Shown: positions 27,316-39,064 of the stretch, one piece after another | How the letters are laid out: every line of letters begins with the position of its first letter | How positions within the stretch are numbered: position 1 is the first letter of the stretch | NCBI GenBank assembly: GCA_050084985.1 | Contig: JBITNC010000001.1 | Coordinates: 63,674,001-63,738,000, forward strand | DNA: 64,000 nt | DNA from: Nageia nagi | Taxonomy: Eukaryota; Plantae; Pinophyta | Direction: 5' to 3' | Notes under the pieces: generated by a model | Told to the model about the DNA's origin: nothing | Database searches by the model: none | Seen by the model: the letters and a program-made list of their open reading frames with translations, nothing else | Translations under genes and position numbers: made by a program

Positions 27316-30300
27316 TTAATTGATGGTGATTTGATCCTTCAAATTGTGGTCCTTGAGTATTCTTTTATTATCTTACCATAACGATCGATTCAATAAGATT
27401 GCAAATTATCTTGCATATGAATGTACAATTATTTTATCTAATCATTTTTTATGAGTGTTTTCTTCATCTCCATTTCACTCTCTCATCTAATTCTTTTTAC
27501 ATCTTAGGAACTTTTTATCCAAGTTAATTGTAGAATTTTATAAAAATGGAAGTATTATATTTGGGATGAGGTACATGAAACCAAATTATTGGTATACAAG
27601 GATAGTGAATAAATGTATTTATATCATGTGATGGTATAGAAATAATAAGTATTTATGATAAATCTTAATTATGTATTAAATATTAGTAATACTACTAGAT
27701 GCACAAACACTAAACTCTATCCATATTAAAATTACACCCAATTTTATACTTCAATGTTTTGCATCGCTAGCTTGGATATATTACTCCTCATAATATCTGA
27801 TGAATTATTAATCTCCAAATATATTCTAACTTTTTGATCAATATGTTGGTAATTGGTAAATAATTGGTAGAGCATGAAAATAAATAACCAATTGCAACTA
27901 AGAGACTTAAAATGAGGCAAATCATACAAACTTCTATTTTTCCCCTTCAAGAAATTTTCTTCTAGCATGTTGTGTAGCTTGAATTCACACATGCTTTGCA
28001 TGCAATATTGCACAAGTCCCTCAAGTGCAATGTAGTTAGTAATTGAAAGATATTAGTTGCAATTATTTTGCATCTTTGGATTCATATGCCTTTCCAATCT
28101 AATATAAATGGCATTTTTAGTGATTAGTACACAAGAAGTAATTGAGAATAATAATTATGAGGCATGTACAAAGAATACATATTTTTTCTAAGTTGAGCTG
28201 ATAACTTTTGTTGATAGTTGAGTATCCTTAAAATGCTTAGTTTTTTGTGAGTCTACATATTTGAATTGGTTTACATAAAGATGAGTTTTGTGCATGAAAT
28301 GCAATGTTTAATCCAAGGTAATTTGTATCTAATATAAAATATGCATTACTTCATCTACAAAAAATTTGGGTTGAATCTATTAGTGCATTCCTCTAACTTT
28401 AACATGTCAAGTACAATGATGGAAATATCAAATATCATTTCTTAATTAAATGACATGCTTTCAACTACTACATATTATGTTTATAATTTATGATAAAACT
28501 AACTTCCCATTTACACCATCATTTTGTCTACCAATCAAGATGTGTATTTATAAAAAATAGACAATCCAAGTGTGTTGCTAGTTGGTTTTGAGTTATTGAT
28601 CTTTTATGCATTTTGTTAAGGCTTTATTATTCATTTACATGACATTATTTGGATTGCTACCCAACATGATAAAAATGATATACAAAAAATTATAAAAATG
28701 CTAGCCAAAATCAAAAAACAAAAATCTTAAACTCAAAAAAGTGTTATAGTGGAAGTAATTATATACCTATGGATAAAAGAAGTATACAATTGCATAATGG
28801 AAAACTACATTCCCTCCATCATTTGATCTCCTACGTGGGGCACACCTTGAGCACATTTTGACCTATATTCACTATGTTTATTTGTAATTTCCCACTAGGT
28901 TATTATCTTTATTTTCAATCAATATTTCTCAAGTGGCTATTTCACCATCCTAGATGTCCATTACTACCTCATTAATTTAACTGTATGAACTTTATTGTGT
29001 TTATTTTTTATTACTGTGTTTACTTGCTACAACTGTATATTTTATACTACTACCAATTTATCACTATTTATAATGTTTAATTGATATTTCTAATATTATG
29101 GATAGAAAAAGCAATATTCTAGCCTATCAATTTCTCACTATGTTACAATGTTTATTTCCTATTTCTAATATTATGGATAAAATCATCAATAAATAAGCAT
29201 TATACATATCTCATGATTTTAAATGAAACTAGAACTTACTTGTATCTTCTGTTGCTCTCTCTAGATGAAATGAAATATTATGTTTTCTTCAAATAATTAT
29301 AGGATATTTCAAAAATAATTAGAGGGATTATAATTTGAATTTAGCAAGTACATTAATGTTAGTGGATTGGTTTGGTGGATTGATTTGGTTTGATCCATAT
29401 TTATAAGTATTTTATGTTATTACAAATATTATGGTCTTTTTCTATCCATGGTTATAGGTATATGCAAGCTAGAGAAGTGACAAGTTAGCTGGCAAGATGG
29501 GACATGAGGTGATGTTTGATGGCCATCACATCATTTAAGATGATTGCATGGTGATTATTTCATGGAGAATTAATGTTTTGGTCATAGGAAAATAGTATTT
29601 TATAGCGTAACATATTTTATTGGTAATGGTTGATGATGTCATGTATGCTTGGACAAAATGTGATATGTTGACTTTATATTTGTCTTTGTTTGAGGTAACC
29701 ATGGTTGGTCTTATGTCTTGTTGGATTTTATTTTTTAAAGAAAATATATGTTGGTATGATGAATAAAATGTATGACTGATAGGATGGATGTATTTTGGCC
29801 CCATAAAAAAAATATTAATAAATCATATTATGTCTAATCATTGATTAGGTGGTCATTATTTTACTTTAAGTATAATTTTGAATTTCATCCGATTAATTCA
29901 TGCCCAAGTATGAGGCCTAGAGGGATAACTACTATCCCTAGTATTAGACCTCATATTAATATGGGATCCTCTCCCTTATTGGAGTAATTATAGTGCTCAT
30001 ATTATCACCTGCAAGGACATTAAGGTCATTACAAAGGGAAAGCAATCCATTCAATGATTAATTACATCAAACTTAAATTACATATGCTTTTATAGACTTA
30101 AAATATCATTAGTGTCATCCAAGGGGTAGTAAAATTGCATCAGATGGATCATACTAGTCGAGTATAGGAAAGAAATTTTATTCATAAATAATCAAGGTTA
30201 GTTAAGTAGTGAGTGATGGATTGCAACTTGATGAGGAGATAGATAATACAAATCCACCTCCCCCCATTGGTCTCCACATGACGTGACTAGGGACTTACCA

Positions 30301-30878
30301 TCGATGAGCAAGGTATATCAAATAGCTTTGGATTACCTCATGTCTCTTTCACTGCTCCTTTCATAGGTTGGCAAAGAAGCATTTCTTTATCATCCACCTC
30401 CATATGGTGTTTAGGTAATAAGGGGAATGCAAAAAGGTGATGAGGGGTCACGTGCCCTTGTAGGACCATACACCTTCCATAAGTCCATGATCACAACATC
30501 AAGGGAAGGGGGAGAGACAAGCAGGCCATAATGGAGGGATTAAGTTGTAATGAAGCACAAGGGGTGGGTTGCATCATTAGGAGGGAGCTATTGGCTAGGA
30601 TATGGTCATTGGGATAGGGAAAGTTAGAGGCTACGCCTATTGGCAGAGAGGAACTAGGGGATCAAGGCCACATAGCTTCTTGGAGGCTATGCCCTCAACA
30701 TAACCTTTTATTGCTACTGGTAGTTTATGGGGGAGGGTATCGTGGTGCCATACCATTGGTAGAGGAGGACCAATAGGGTCACATGCGCTTACAGGATTAT
30801 GCACCTACCCAAATGTATATAAGAGTTTTTTTATAATTATTTTTATTTTAAAAAGATCTCAAAGCCTCATTTTTATTA

Positions 30879-31289
30879 GGGCAAAGGCTATCTAGCAAAC
30901 GGATCATCCCCCATGCACTGTTAAACTTGTCAAATGTGTTAGGTCGAAAAAAAATTTCAATGGGTAAAAAACTTTTGATGAAAAAAATGTTAAGTATGAA
31001 TTTTTTAAAAATGTATTATTGAGGTTGGAACTCGGGTTGCTAGTATGAAATCCATTGCTTTTACTAATACACTATATCATTCATCACAAAAATAACTTAA
31101 TGGTAAAGTAGTTTTATTTTTTAAAAAAATAAAAATTAGATGATTACAATGCAATTATATAGAGAACCACACTGCGATATTCCATGTAATCACAGTGCAA
31201 TTCTCCTAACCATACACTGAAAAAAAAATTACAACCTAATAGGTCTAACAGCACATGGGGGCAATCTGTTTACTAGATAGCCTTTGCCA
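30879..31289. mobile_element. Mutator-type MITE (411 bp)
   Basis: ~50-bp imperfect TIRs (GGGCAAAGGCTATCTAGCAAACGGAT.. / ..ATCTGTTTACTAGATAGCCTTTGCCA) and a 9-bp TSD TTTTTATTA at 30870-30878 and 31290-31298. Confidence 0.92.
31021..31074 (-). other. tRNA-like / Pol III A-box and B-box remnant inside the MITE
   Basis: The minus strand reads TAGTGTATTAGTAAAAGCAATGGATTTCATACTAGCAACCCGAGTTCCAACCTC. It has an A-box-like start, TTC at the anticodon position and a B-box-like GAGTTCCAACC. No acceptor stem. Confidence 0.4.
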
Positions 31290-31949
31290 TTTTTATTATA
31301 TATTCATATTGTGTTTTACAAAATAATAACATATGTTTTTATTTAAAAAATAATTGCATAATTTTACTCTATATATATATATACAAAAATAATAGATAGA
31401 AATGACATATATATATACTAAGTTTTGTAAAAATATATATATATTATGAAAATAAAAGGATTTGTACATTTTTTATTTACAAAAAAATAACAATAGCATA
31501 TTATTGTATACATTAATAATTATTGTAAGAAAAATATATTATTAAGAAAAATAATTTGCAAACATTCGTAAAAGATTTGATAACAATAACATATTGTATT
31601 ATTTTAAGCAATTTTTTACTAAAAGGAATTGCAATTTTTTTTTTAAATGCAAAAACTTCAAAAAATAATTGTAAAACTTAAAAAAAAATGCAACTAATAT
31701 ATAACAAAAATGTTAGATTTTAACATTATAAATCTAATATGAAAAAATGTTAATATAGGTCTAAATTTCAACTTTAAACAAAATATTGAAATAGACTAAA
31801 TATTGAAATAATTTTAAAAGGTGAAGGAGAGAAATGAGGTTTAGACTAAATATTGAAATAATTTTAAAAGATGAAGGAGAGAGATGAGGTTATCCCCTTG
31901 GAAGGTTTTACCTTAAAAGGTGAAGGATTAGGAAGATCCTCCAAGGAAG

Positions 31950-32495
31950 ATTTTGATACCAAACAAAAGAGATTATGTAGACCTTTATCTCCACCCAAGA
32001 TCACCTTGAATTTAATCCTCCTAATCTTCATTTCAAGAGAATATAATCAACACACACACAAAGAGAGAGACAAGGATGGATAGTTTTTCCTCTCAATTAA
32101 AGAGTACTCCCTATAACTTAGATCTTATTACTTCTCAAGAGCACACTCTTACAATGCAACACTAGCACTCTCTCCTCTTATTCTTCTACACACTAATAGC
32201 ATTACAATGCTTTCCACTAGTGAATAGTACTTAAGGAGAGCCCTCAATTTATAAGCAAAAATCCCACTTTTGGCTTACTCTTTTACCCAAGGGTAATGCC
32301 ATAAACCAAAGGATAAGCAAATCCTTGAGCCAAAGGATAAGCATATCCTATAGGTAGGATGAGAGTAGAACATGTATAATTATTTTAAATTCACTAAATA
32401 CTTAAAAAGTATTCAAAGGATACTTTTAAGTATTTAAGTGGATTAATTAGTGAGTTACATTAGAAGAAGATATTTGATCTTTTAGATACCTTACA
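31950..32495 (-). mobile_element. 5' LTR plus tRNA-iMet primer-binding site of an LTR retrotransposon
   Basis: TGATACCA at 31954-31961 (minus strand TGGTATCA). The minus strand starts TGTAAGG at 32495, with a TATAAA motif near 32250. Confidence 0.5.
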
Positions 32496-32499
32496 CAAT

Positions 32500-34830
32500 A
32501 ATGCATTATTTGTTATAACAACTATGATATGAAAAAATGAAGGGGTGAATTACTTTTTAAGTAAACATAAAGTTAGCATCACCTCTTCCTCTAATTTCTA
32601 TATTTTTTCATGATCCACCACTTTAGTGCATATATCCTTATAGAACATGCACAACCTTCAAATGGTGATTCATATTGTCTTATTAACATATGTCGTAGTA
32701 CTAGCGAAAGAAGATAATGGATGAGAACATGATAGTCATCTGATTTCAAACCAAGGATCTTAAGTTATTTCATATCCACATGTTTGGTAATATTTGAACT
32801 ATATCCATCAGGTACTTTCATATCATAAAATATTTGAAAAGCCATTCATTTATAAACCTTCAATAGATTGTAGGGTGTCGCTAGAAGATATGCCTTTTTT
32901 CCATCAACTATTGGCCATAATGGTTTCTTCATCTTGATAATTTTAAAATCCTCATGAGAATTTTTTCCATCCTTTGACTTTCCTTCAATACCTAATAATG
33001 TCTTTAATAGGCTTTCATAGTTATTTTTCTCCACATGCATCACATCCAAGTTGCGATGAACTAAAATATGTTGTTTATAAATAGAAACCTCTAACTAAAA
33101 TTAGTTAACATTGAGAGACATAGCAATAAATTAATAAAAAATGAAATCACATATCGTACTGCCCAATATGATAAATTGAAAAATATATATTTATTCTTCC
33201 ATCCTGTAATACTATTATCCTCCTTATTGTGTTTCCTTTTATTTGACTCATTCTTTCCAAATTTGTTGGAATTTGTTGTATATTTTACATTATTTCCTTC
33301 CAAGTTAAATTGATTGGTGTTTTACCCCACTCTTCTTCAATAGTGAAAGATGTCTTCTGATGATAAAATAAATTATCTTTATGAAGGAATTTTTTATGGA
33401 CCATATAAACAATTTTTTTATTGCAACTATAATGTTGTGAATAAGTGTTCTCTTCTCATATTGGGCATGCTAAGAATTACTTTGTCATAAATCCTTACAG
33501 GTTTCCATAATTAAGAAAATCATGAATGCCACACATAATTATTGGCCTCATATTAAATGTAGTATTATGAAATGCATCATACATTTGTACTTGTTTAATT
33601 CATAGTTTATATAATTCATTAACCAAATTTTATACATAAGCATCAATATCATTACCTAGTTATCTCAGGCCATGTATTAACAAACTAAGCATTAAATAAT
33701 TATTTTTTATTGACATTTATGGTGGAAGGTTGTATGTGACCAATATAATGGACTAACAACTATAACGTGAATTAAAGTTAGAAAAAGGGTTGAACTCATC
33801 ATTCCCAATCATACATTGCATGGATCATCAACAAAATTGAGCCATGTAGCATCCATATTTTTCAATGTTTGAGAGTCAATTGGATGTCACATATTATGCC
33901 ACATCATATTCTTCATAATATTTGCAAATCTATAGGAAGAAAGCAACTCACTTTAACCATAGCTAACAATATTGAAAGAAATAAACATAATGAAGCTAAG
34001 GGTATAATAAAATTGCTTACCTATACATTATTTGAAACCTCCTTATAAGGGAGAAAAACCTCAACACATTTGTAAGAACCTTCAGCTTTTTTTTATTTTC
34101 AAAATGAGGATTAATTTTGGGAAAGATTCATTATATTTTCCAATATAAAATACAATCATTGATGCATATTGCATGTATCTTTACATAATCTAATCCTAAT
34201 ATCTTCGATAATTTCTTTATCGTATATGGGGACTCTAGGATTGTATTATTGATTAAGAGGATATCTTTCTCCAATTCTAATAGCTCACCAAAGCTTTTAT
34301 CTTACCATCCATATTTTACTTTGAGATGATATAGTTTAACTATCATTGATAGTTTTTGGTACTTTATATAGCTAAGATGTAATGGTTGTTTATCGATATC
34401 TTTGACCAAACATAAAATTCATCAAGAGTAGATTGGAACTCAACATCATTAACTTGTTGTTCTTTACCACTCTTTGAGAAATTGATATTTACCATTCAGA
34501 TGATGTCATCTTGTATACCTTTGAAATTTGTACCCTCATCCATGACAATCCATGCATTCGATGCATTTTGGTTAGTAGTAGATGATTGTCCTTATACAAA
34601 AAAAAAAAACCTTATATATCTTCTCAATTCCTTTAATAAGCAAGTGCTTAAAAACCTTATCAAAACTAAGAGTTCTCAAATTTTGTCACTTTCAATATAT
34701 ATATTTAATTATTTTAAGATCATTTGAATTATTTCTTGCAAAATTAATGGATTTCTCAAACCCATGAACATAGTCATCAGAGTTTCTAGGCATTTTTAGC
34801 CAAGCTTTATTTGTGATATTTGATAAAAAA
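32500..34830 (-). pseudogene. CACTA (En/Spm) TnpD-type transposase relic with introns
   Basis: DVMHVEKNNYESLLKTLLGIEGKSKDG, KVPDGYSSNI..GLKSDDYHVL, VTYNLPP, GNDIDAY and LGLDYVKIHA..NDCILYW. N-terminal WLKMPRNSDDYVHGFE. A GT..AG intron follows LSYW. Confidence 0.93.
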
Positions 34831-34989
34831 ATTCCTTGTACCTGAACACATCATAAATAAGATGAATTTTAACTTTAATCCATTCCAATATAAAAAAAAT
34901 CTACATAAAACCATGTCCATATGGGATCATTATAAAGATAACATTGAAGGAGTGTATTATCTCCATGTAAAAATGCAATTTACTAACAA

Positions 34990-35057
34990 TATTTAACTCT
35001 TTGATGTGATGAATCACTTGGGAACCAAGCCTAACACCATAGCTTTTGTATATGTTA
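34990..35057 (+). pseudogene. PPR fragment interrupted by the copia insertion (continues at 38620)
   Basis: LFDVMNHLGTKPNTIAFVYV resembles the P2-L2 consensus LFxxMxxxGxxPNxxxFxxVL. Confidence 0.45.
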
Positions 35058-35539
35058 TGTTCGAATGTATAATGCATTATTGTAAGGTTTTGTAATATTC
35101 TTCTTATAAATTTACCAACACTTAAAGGTGTCCCTAGATACCTTAAGTTAAGTGAATATGATAACGTAACTTGTCCTACACTCCTTCTCATGAGCATGCC
35201 CCTTGGGTAAAAGGGTGATGTACGTCATGATATTGTACAATGGTTAAAAAATGTGATCCAAGGGAGGAATTTGTCCTATAAATAGAAGGCCCTCTCCTTG
35301 AGATCATACACCAAAAAAAAGTTGAAGCAAAGTTATGCTCTAGGATTAGTGTTAGGAGAGGAAGAAAGAGGTATTGTAAGAGAGTTGTCTTTGTGAATTA
35401 GAAAGATATTAGTTAGTGGATATACTCTCTTGTATGAGAGGAATACATGTATCAAATTTATAAGATTGACTATTGTATTTATGCTTTAAATGTTGATGTT
35501 TAAGAGAGCTTTCAAGTGATCTTACCATCCTACAAAGTA

Positions 35540-37292
35540 ATGCTCTTATCGAGGGATGTAAAGTTCAATGAACTTCCTAAAGAATCTACTTCCAATAAGG
35601 ATGTTGATGATTTAAATGACTCTATAGTTGCACCTATCTGGTTGGATATCAATGTAGACAAGTCACCCTAAGAGAAAAAATCTCCAACTAAGAGGATAAC
35701 AAGAAGTATGACCTTGAACAAATCCTTATTTGCTAAAATTGATAACAAAATGAGACCTCATCATTTAAGGAAGCTTCAAAGCATGAGTGTTCAATAGAAG
35801 ACATGAAAGTGGAGTATGAGGTACTCATAAAAAATAAAACTTGGTACTTGGTTCCTTATCCCAATGAGAGGAATGTGATTGGTAATAAGTGGACCTACAA
35901 GGTCAAGTATAATTCAGTTAGAGATATTAAGAAATACAAGGTAAGGTTAGTGATCAAAGGTTTTGCTCATAAATATGAAGTTGATTATGAGGAAACCTTT
36001 GCTCTCATGGTAAAAATACCCACTATAAAAATAATCCTTTCTCTTTTAGCAGTTCAAGGATGGAAAGTTTTTTGACTTGATATCAACATTACTTTTCTCA
36101 ATGGTGATTTAGATGTATAAATATACATGAATCAACCAGAAGAGTTTATTATGGAAGGAAAAGATTCCTTCATGTGCAAGCTAAAGAAGTTATTATATGG
36201 ACTTAAGCAAGCACCTAGAGATTAGTACAAGAAGATTTTACATTAGTTTTCCAACATTGAATTCTCTAAGTGCTTCCCCAACTCTAATCTATATGTTCTC
36301 AATTAGTGTAAAGATGTGGTTTTGATTCTCCTTTATATGGATGATCTTATGATCATTAGGAATAATGATAAAATCATCCAAGAGTGCATATCCAAACTAA
36401 AGGAAACATTTGAAATGACTAATCTTGATCTCTTGCACTATTGCCTTAGAATGCAAGTGTACCAATATAAGGATAGTACTTATCTTAGTCAATCGAAGTA
36501 TATATCATACATATTGCAAAAGTTTAAAATGGAGAAGTGCAAATTTGTTGTGTTCTTAGTCTCTCCTAGAATCACTTTGTATCTTAACTCTAACTCTTGG
36601 TTGGCAGATGCTAAAGCTTATAGGAAATTAATTGATAATCCTCTTTATTTGACTATTTCCAAGTTAGATATTTCCTTTGCAATGAATATGATGGTACTAT
36701 TCATGCAAAAATCATATGTTAAGTGCCTCAATATTATTAAGCAAATCTTGATGTATGCTGTGGGGATGAAGGATCTTGCTCTTAAGTATTCCAAGTTGCC
36801 CTCATTTGTTCTCTCAGGATTCTCAAATTCTAACTATAGGATAGATAGAGATGATATGAAATCAACCTTTGCATATGTGTTTAGCATTGGTTCAAGTGTT
36901 ATCTCTTAGGCTTCCTAGAAGAAGCCTACTATTTCTCTTTCCATCATAGAATTTGAATATCGAGTCATGTTTGTTGTAGCCTAGGAAGTTATTTGGCTTA
37001 GGCATCGTCTAAAATAAATTAGGTATGAACAAGCTCATCCATATCAGATTTCTTTAAATAATTAGTTGGCTATTTCTTTGGTTAAGAATCATATTTTTCA
37101 TTAGATAAAAAAATATGTTGAAATCCAAGCTCACTTCATTAGGGAGAAGGTTATGGATGAAATCATACACTTGCAGTATTGTTCATGTTCCCTGAAATTC
37201 AATGATTTATTCACCAAGCTCCTTATTCAAGCTCCATTTAGTAATATTAGGGATTCTATCGAGTTGGTTAAGTTTCCCTCAAGGGGGAGTAA
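35540..37292 (+). pseudogene. copia pol remnant (integrase tail, RT, RNase H)
   Basis: SRDVKFNE, KNKTWYLVPYP..VIGNKW..YKVRLVIKGF..VDYEETFA, LLYMDDL, GFSNSNY..D.DDMKST and terminal SRGS. Multiple stops. Confidence 0.93.
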
Positions 37293-37439
37293 AGGTATTG
37301 AATTCATAATTATGATGATAACTTCACCCCTATGAAGATTTTTGGTTGTATACTATTGATATATGTGTGTACTTTTGGCTATTTCTCCTTGTTTGATGAA
37401 CTATTTATACACTTGAGCATATAATAGACCATCATTAGC

Positions 37440-37685
37440 ATTATTTAGTTATCCATATGTGAGGAACTCATATGTGCATATAATGAATCTTTTTTGCATT
37501 GTTTTGTTATCCATATGTGAGAAACTCATATGTATCTTTTGGCATTATTCAGTTATCCATGTGTGAGGAACTCATATGTGTGTATGATGAATCTTTTTTG
37601 CACTGTTTTGTTATCCATATGTGAGAAACTCATATGTATCTTTTGGCATTATTCAATTATCCATGTGTGAGGAACTCATACATGA
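37440..37685 (+). repeat. Tandem repeat in the copia 3' UTR (GTTATCCATATGTGAGGAACTCATATGT)
   Basis: Five copies at alternating ~58/46-bp spacing, giving a ~104-bp higher-order unit. Confidence 0.9.
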
Positions 37686-38619
37686 CTTTTGTCATCCTCT
37701 TTTTTTGAGTTTCTTGTAGCTTGTAAGTTTCTTCTTGAGATTATAGGTTACTTACTTTAGATATAAAGGCTCATGGAGGCTCATCATGTCAACTTTGATT
37801 GGATGACTACTTTATGTACATTGAAACTAGTTTTGATTAATGATTGTATTGTAAATCATTTATTAGAATGGTAAAGTAGTGAGTCACAAACTAATATCTT
37901 GATTACTTTATAAAGATGTAAAAGTTCTCATGTCTTATTGTATCCATATGAAGGATAACTCTCTTTTACTCTCTATTTCTTCTCTCTTCTTCACTTTATC
38001 CCAATATTGCATTAAGGGGGAGTGTTGGAATGTATATTGCATTATTATAAGGTTTTGTAATATTCTTCTTGTAAATTCACCAATACTTAAAGGTATTCCT
38101 AGATAACTTAAGTATTTAAGTGAATATGATAATGTAACTTATTTTACACCCATTCTCATGAGCATGCCCCTTGAGTAAAAAGATGATTCATGTCATGATA
38201 TTGTAGAATGATTAAAAGGGTGATCCAAGGGAGGATTTTAGCCTATAAATAGAAGGCACTATCCTTGAGATCATACACCAAAAATATTTGAAGCAAAGTT
38301 ATGCTCTAGGATTATTATTAGAAGAGGAAGAAAGAGGTCTTGTAAGAGAGTTATCTTTATGAATGAGAAAGATCTTAGTTAGTGGATGTACTCTCTTGTA
38401 TGAGATGATGCACTTTATATGAGTTTCAAATTTGTGAGATTGGATATCGTATTTATGCTTGAATGTTGATAAATAAGAGAGCTTTCAAGTGATCTTGGTA
38501 GATTAGGATTTTATTCTTTAATGATTAAATCCTTCATGTTGTACTTGCATGGAGCCATGTTCTTCTAATAAATGAGGTTTGTAAGTGCTTTAATAATATG
38601 AGTGAATCTTATTACATTA

Positions 38620-38800
38620 TTCTTGGGATGAATCATTATATTTATTGTTGAATTTTTTGACCATACAAACTATCTAGTCAAGTAATCTTTTAATTTCATA
38701 ACCAAAATATCCATAAAACTTGATAGACATGTATGCAAAATGTGGAATATGCATGATGCATATATAATTTCATGGACTACAATGATTGGAGGATATGTAA
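38620..38800 (+). pseudogene. PPR (S-P motif) fragment
   Basis: 38720-38799 reads LIDMYAKCG [deletion] MHDAYIISWTTMIGGYV. Confidence 0.75.
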
Positions 38801-38897
38801 CTTTACTAATGAGATGAAAATAATAAAATATGTTGTGGGATCCTTCATTGCCTAGCCTTTGATAGAACTTTGTTACATATAAATTATGATATATTAC

Positions 38898-39064
38898 AGG
38901 GCATATTTGAATCATTTGAGCATAATTGAAGCAATAAATCATATCTAAATCTTTTGAGCATAATTAAAACATTAAAGCATACTTGAATCATTTGAGCATT
39001 ATTGAAACAATAGGGCATATTTTAATCATTTGAGCATAATTTAAATAGTAGAGCATATTTGAAT
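38898..39064. repeat. ~39-bp tandem repeat, about 4.3 copies
   Basis: Unit GGGCATATTTGAATCATTTGAGCATAATTGAAACAATA. Confidence 0.85.

Larger units (their letters stand above)
35058..38614 (+). mobile_element. Internally deleted Ty1/copia element with both LTRs
   Basis: 5' LTR 35058-~35524 (truncated) is colinear with 3' LTR 38023-38614. PPT AAGGGGGAG at 38014-38022. RT and RNase H remnants. Flanks are TGTTA / CATTA. PBS, gag, protease and most of integrase are missing. Confidence 0.92.

Noticed and set aside
31790-31892. ~51-bp tandem duplication
   Set aside because: Ordinary local slippage in AT-rich TE sequence.
36316-36909. Longest ORF (197 aa) as an active gene
   Set aside because: It is a stop-bounded fragment of a decayed copia RT in a deleted element.
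37440-37685. Repeat-spacer pattern resembling a CRISPR array (also 10760-10980 and 61320-61510)
   Set aside because: The spacers themselves repeat, and the array sits in the copia 3' UTR between pol and the PPT.
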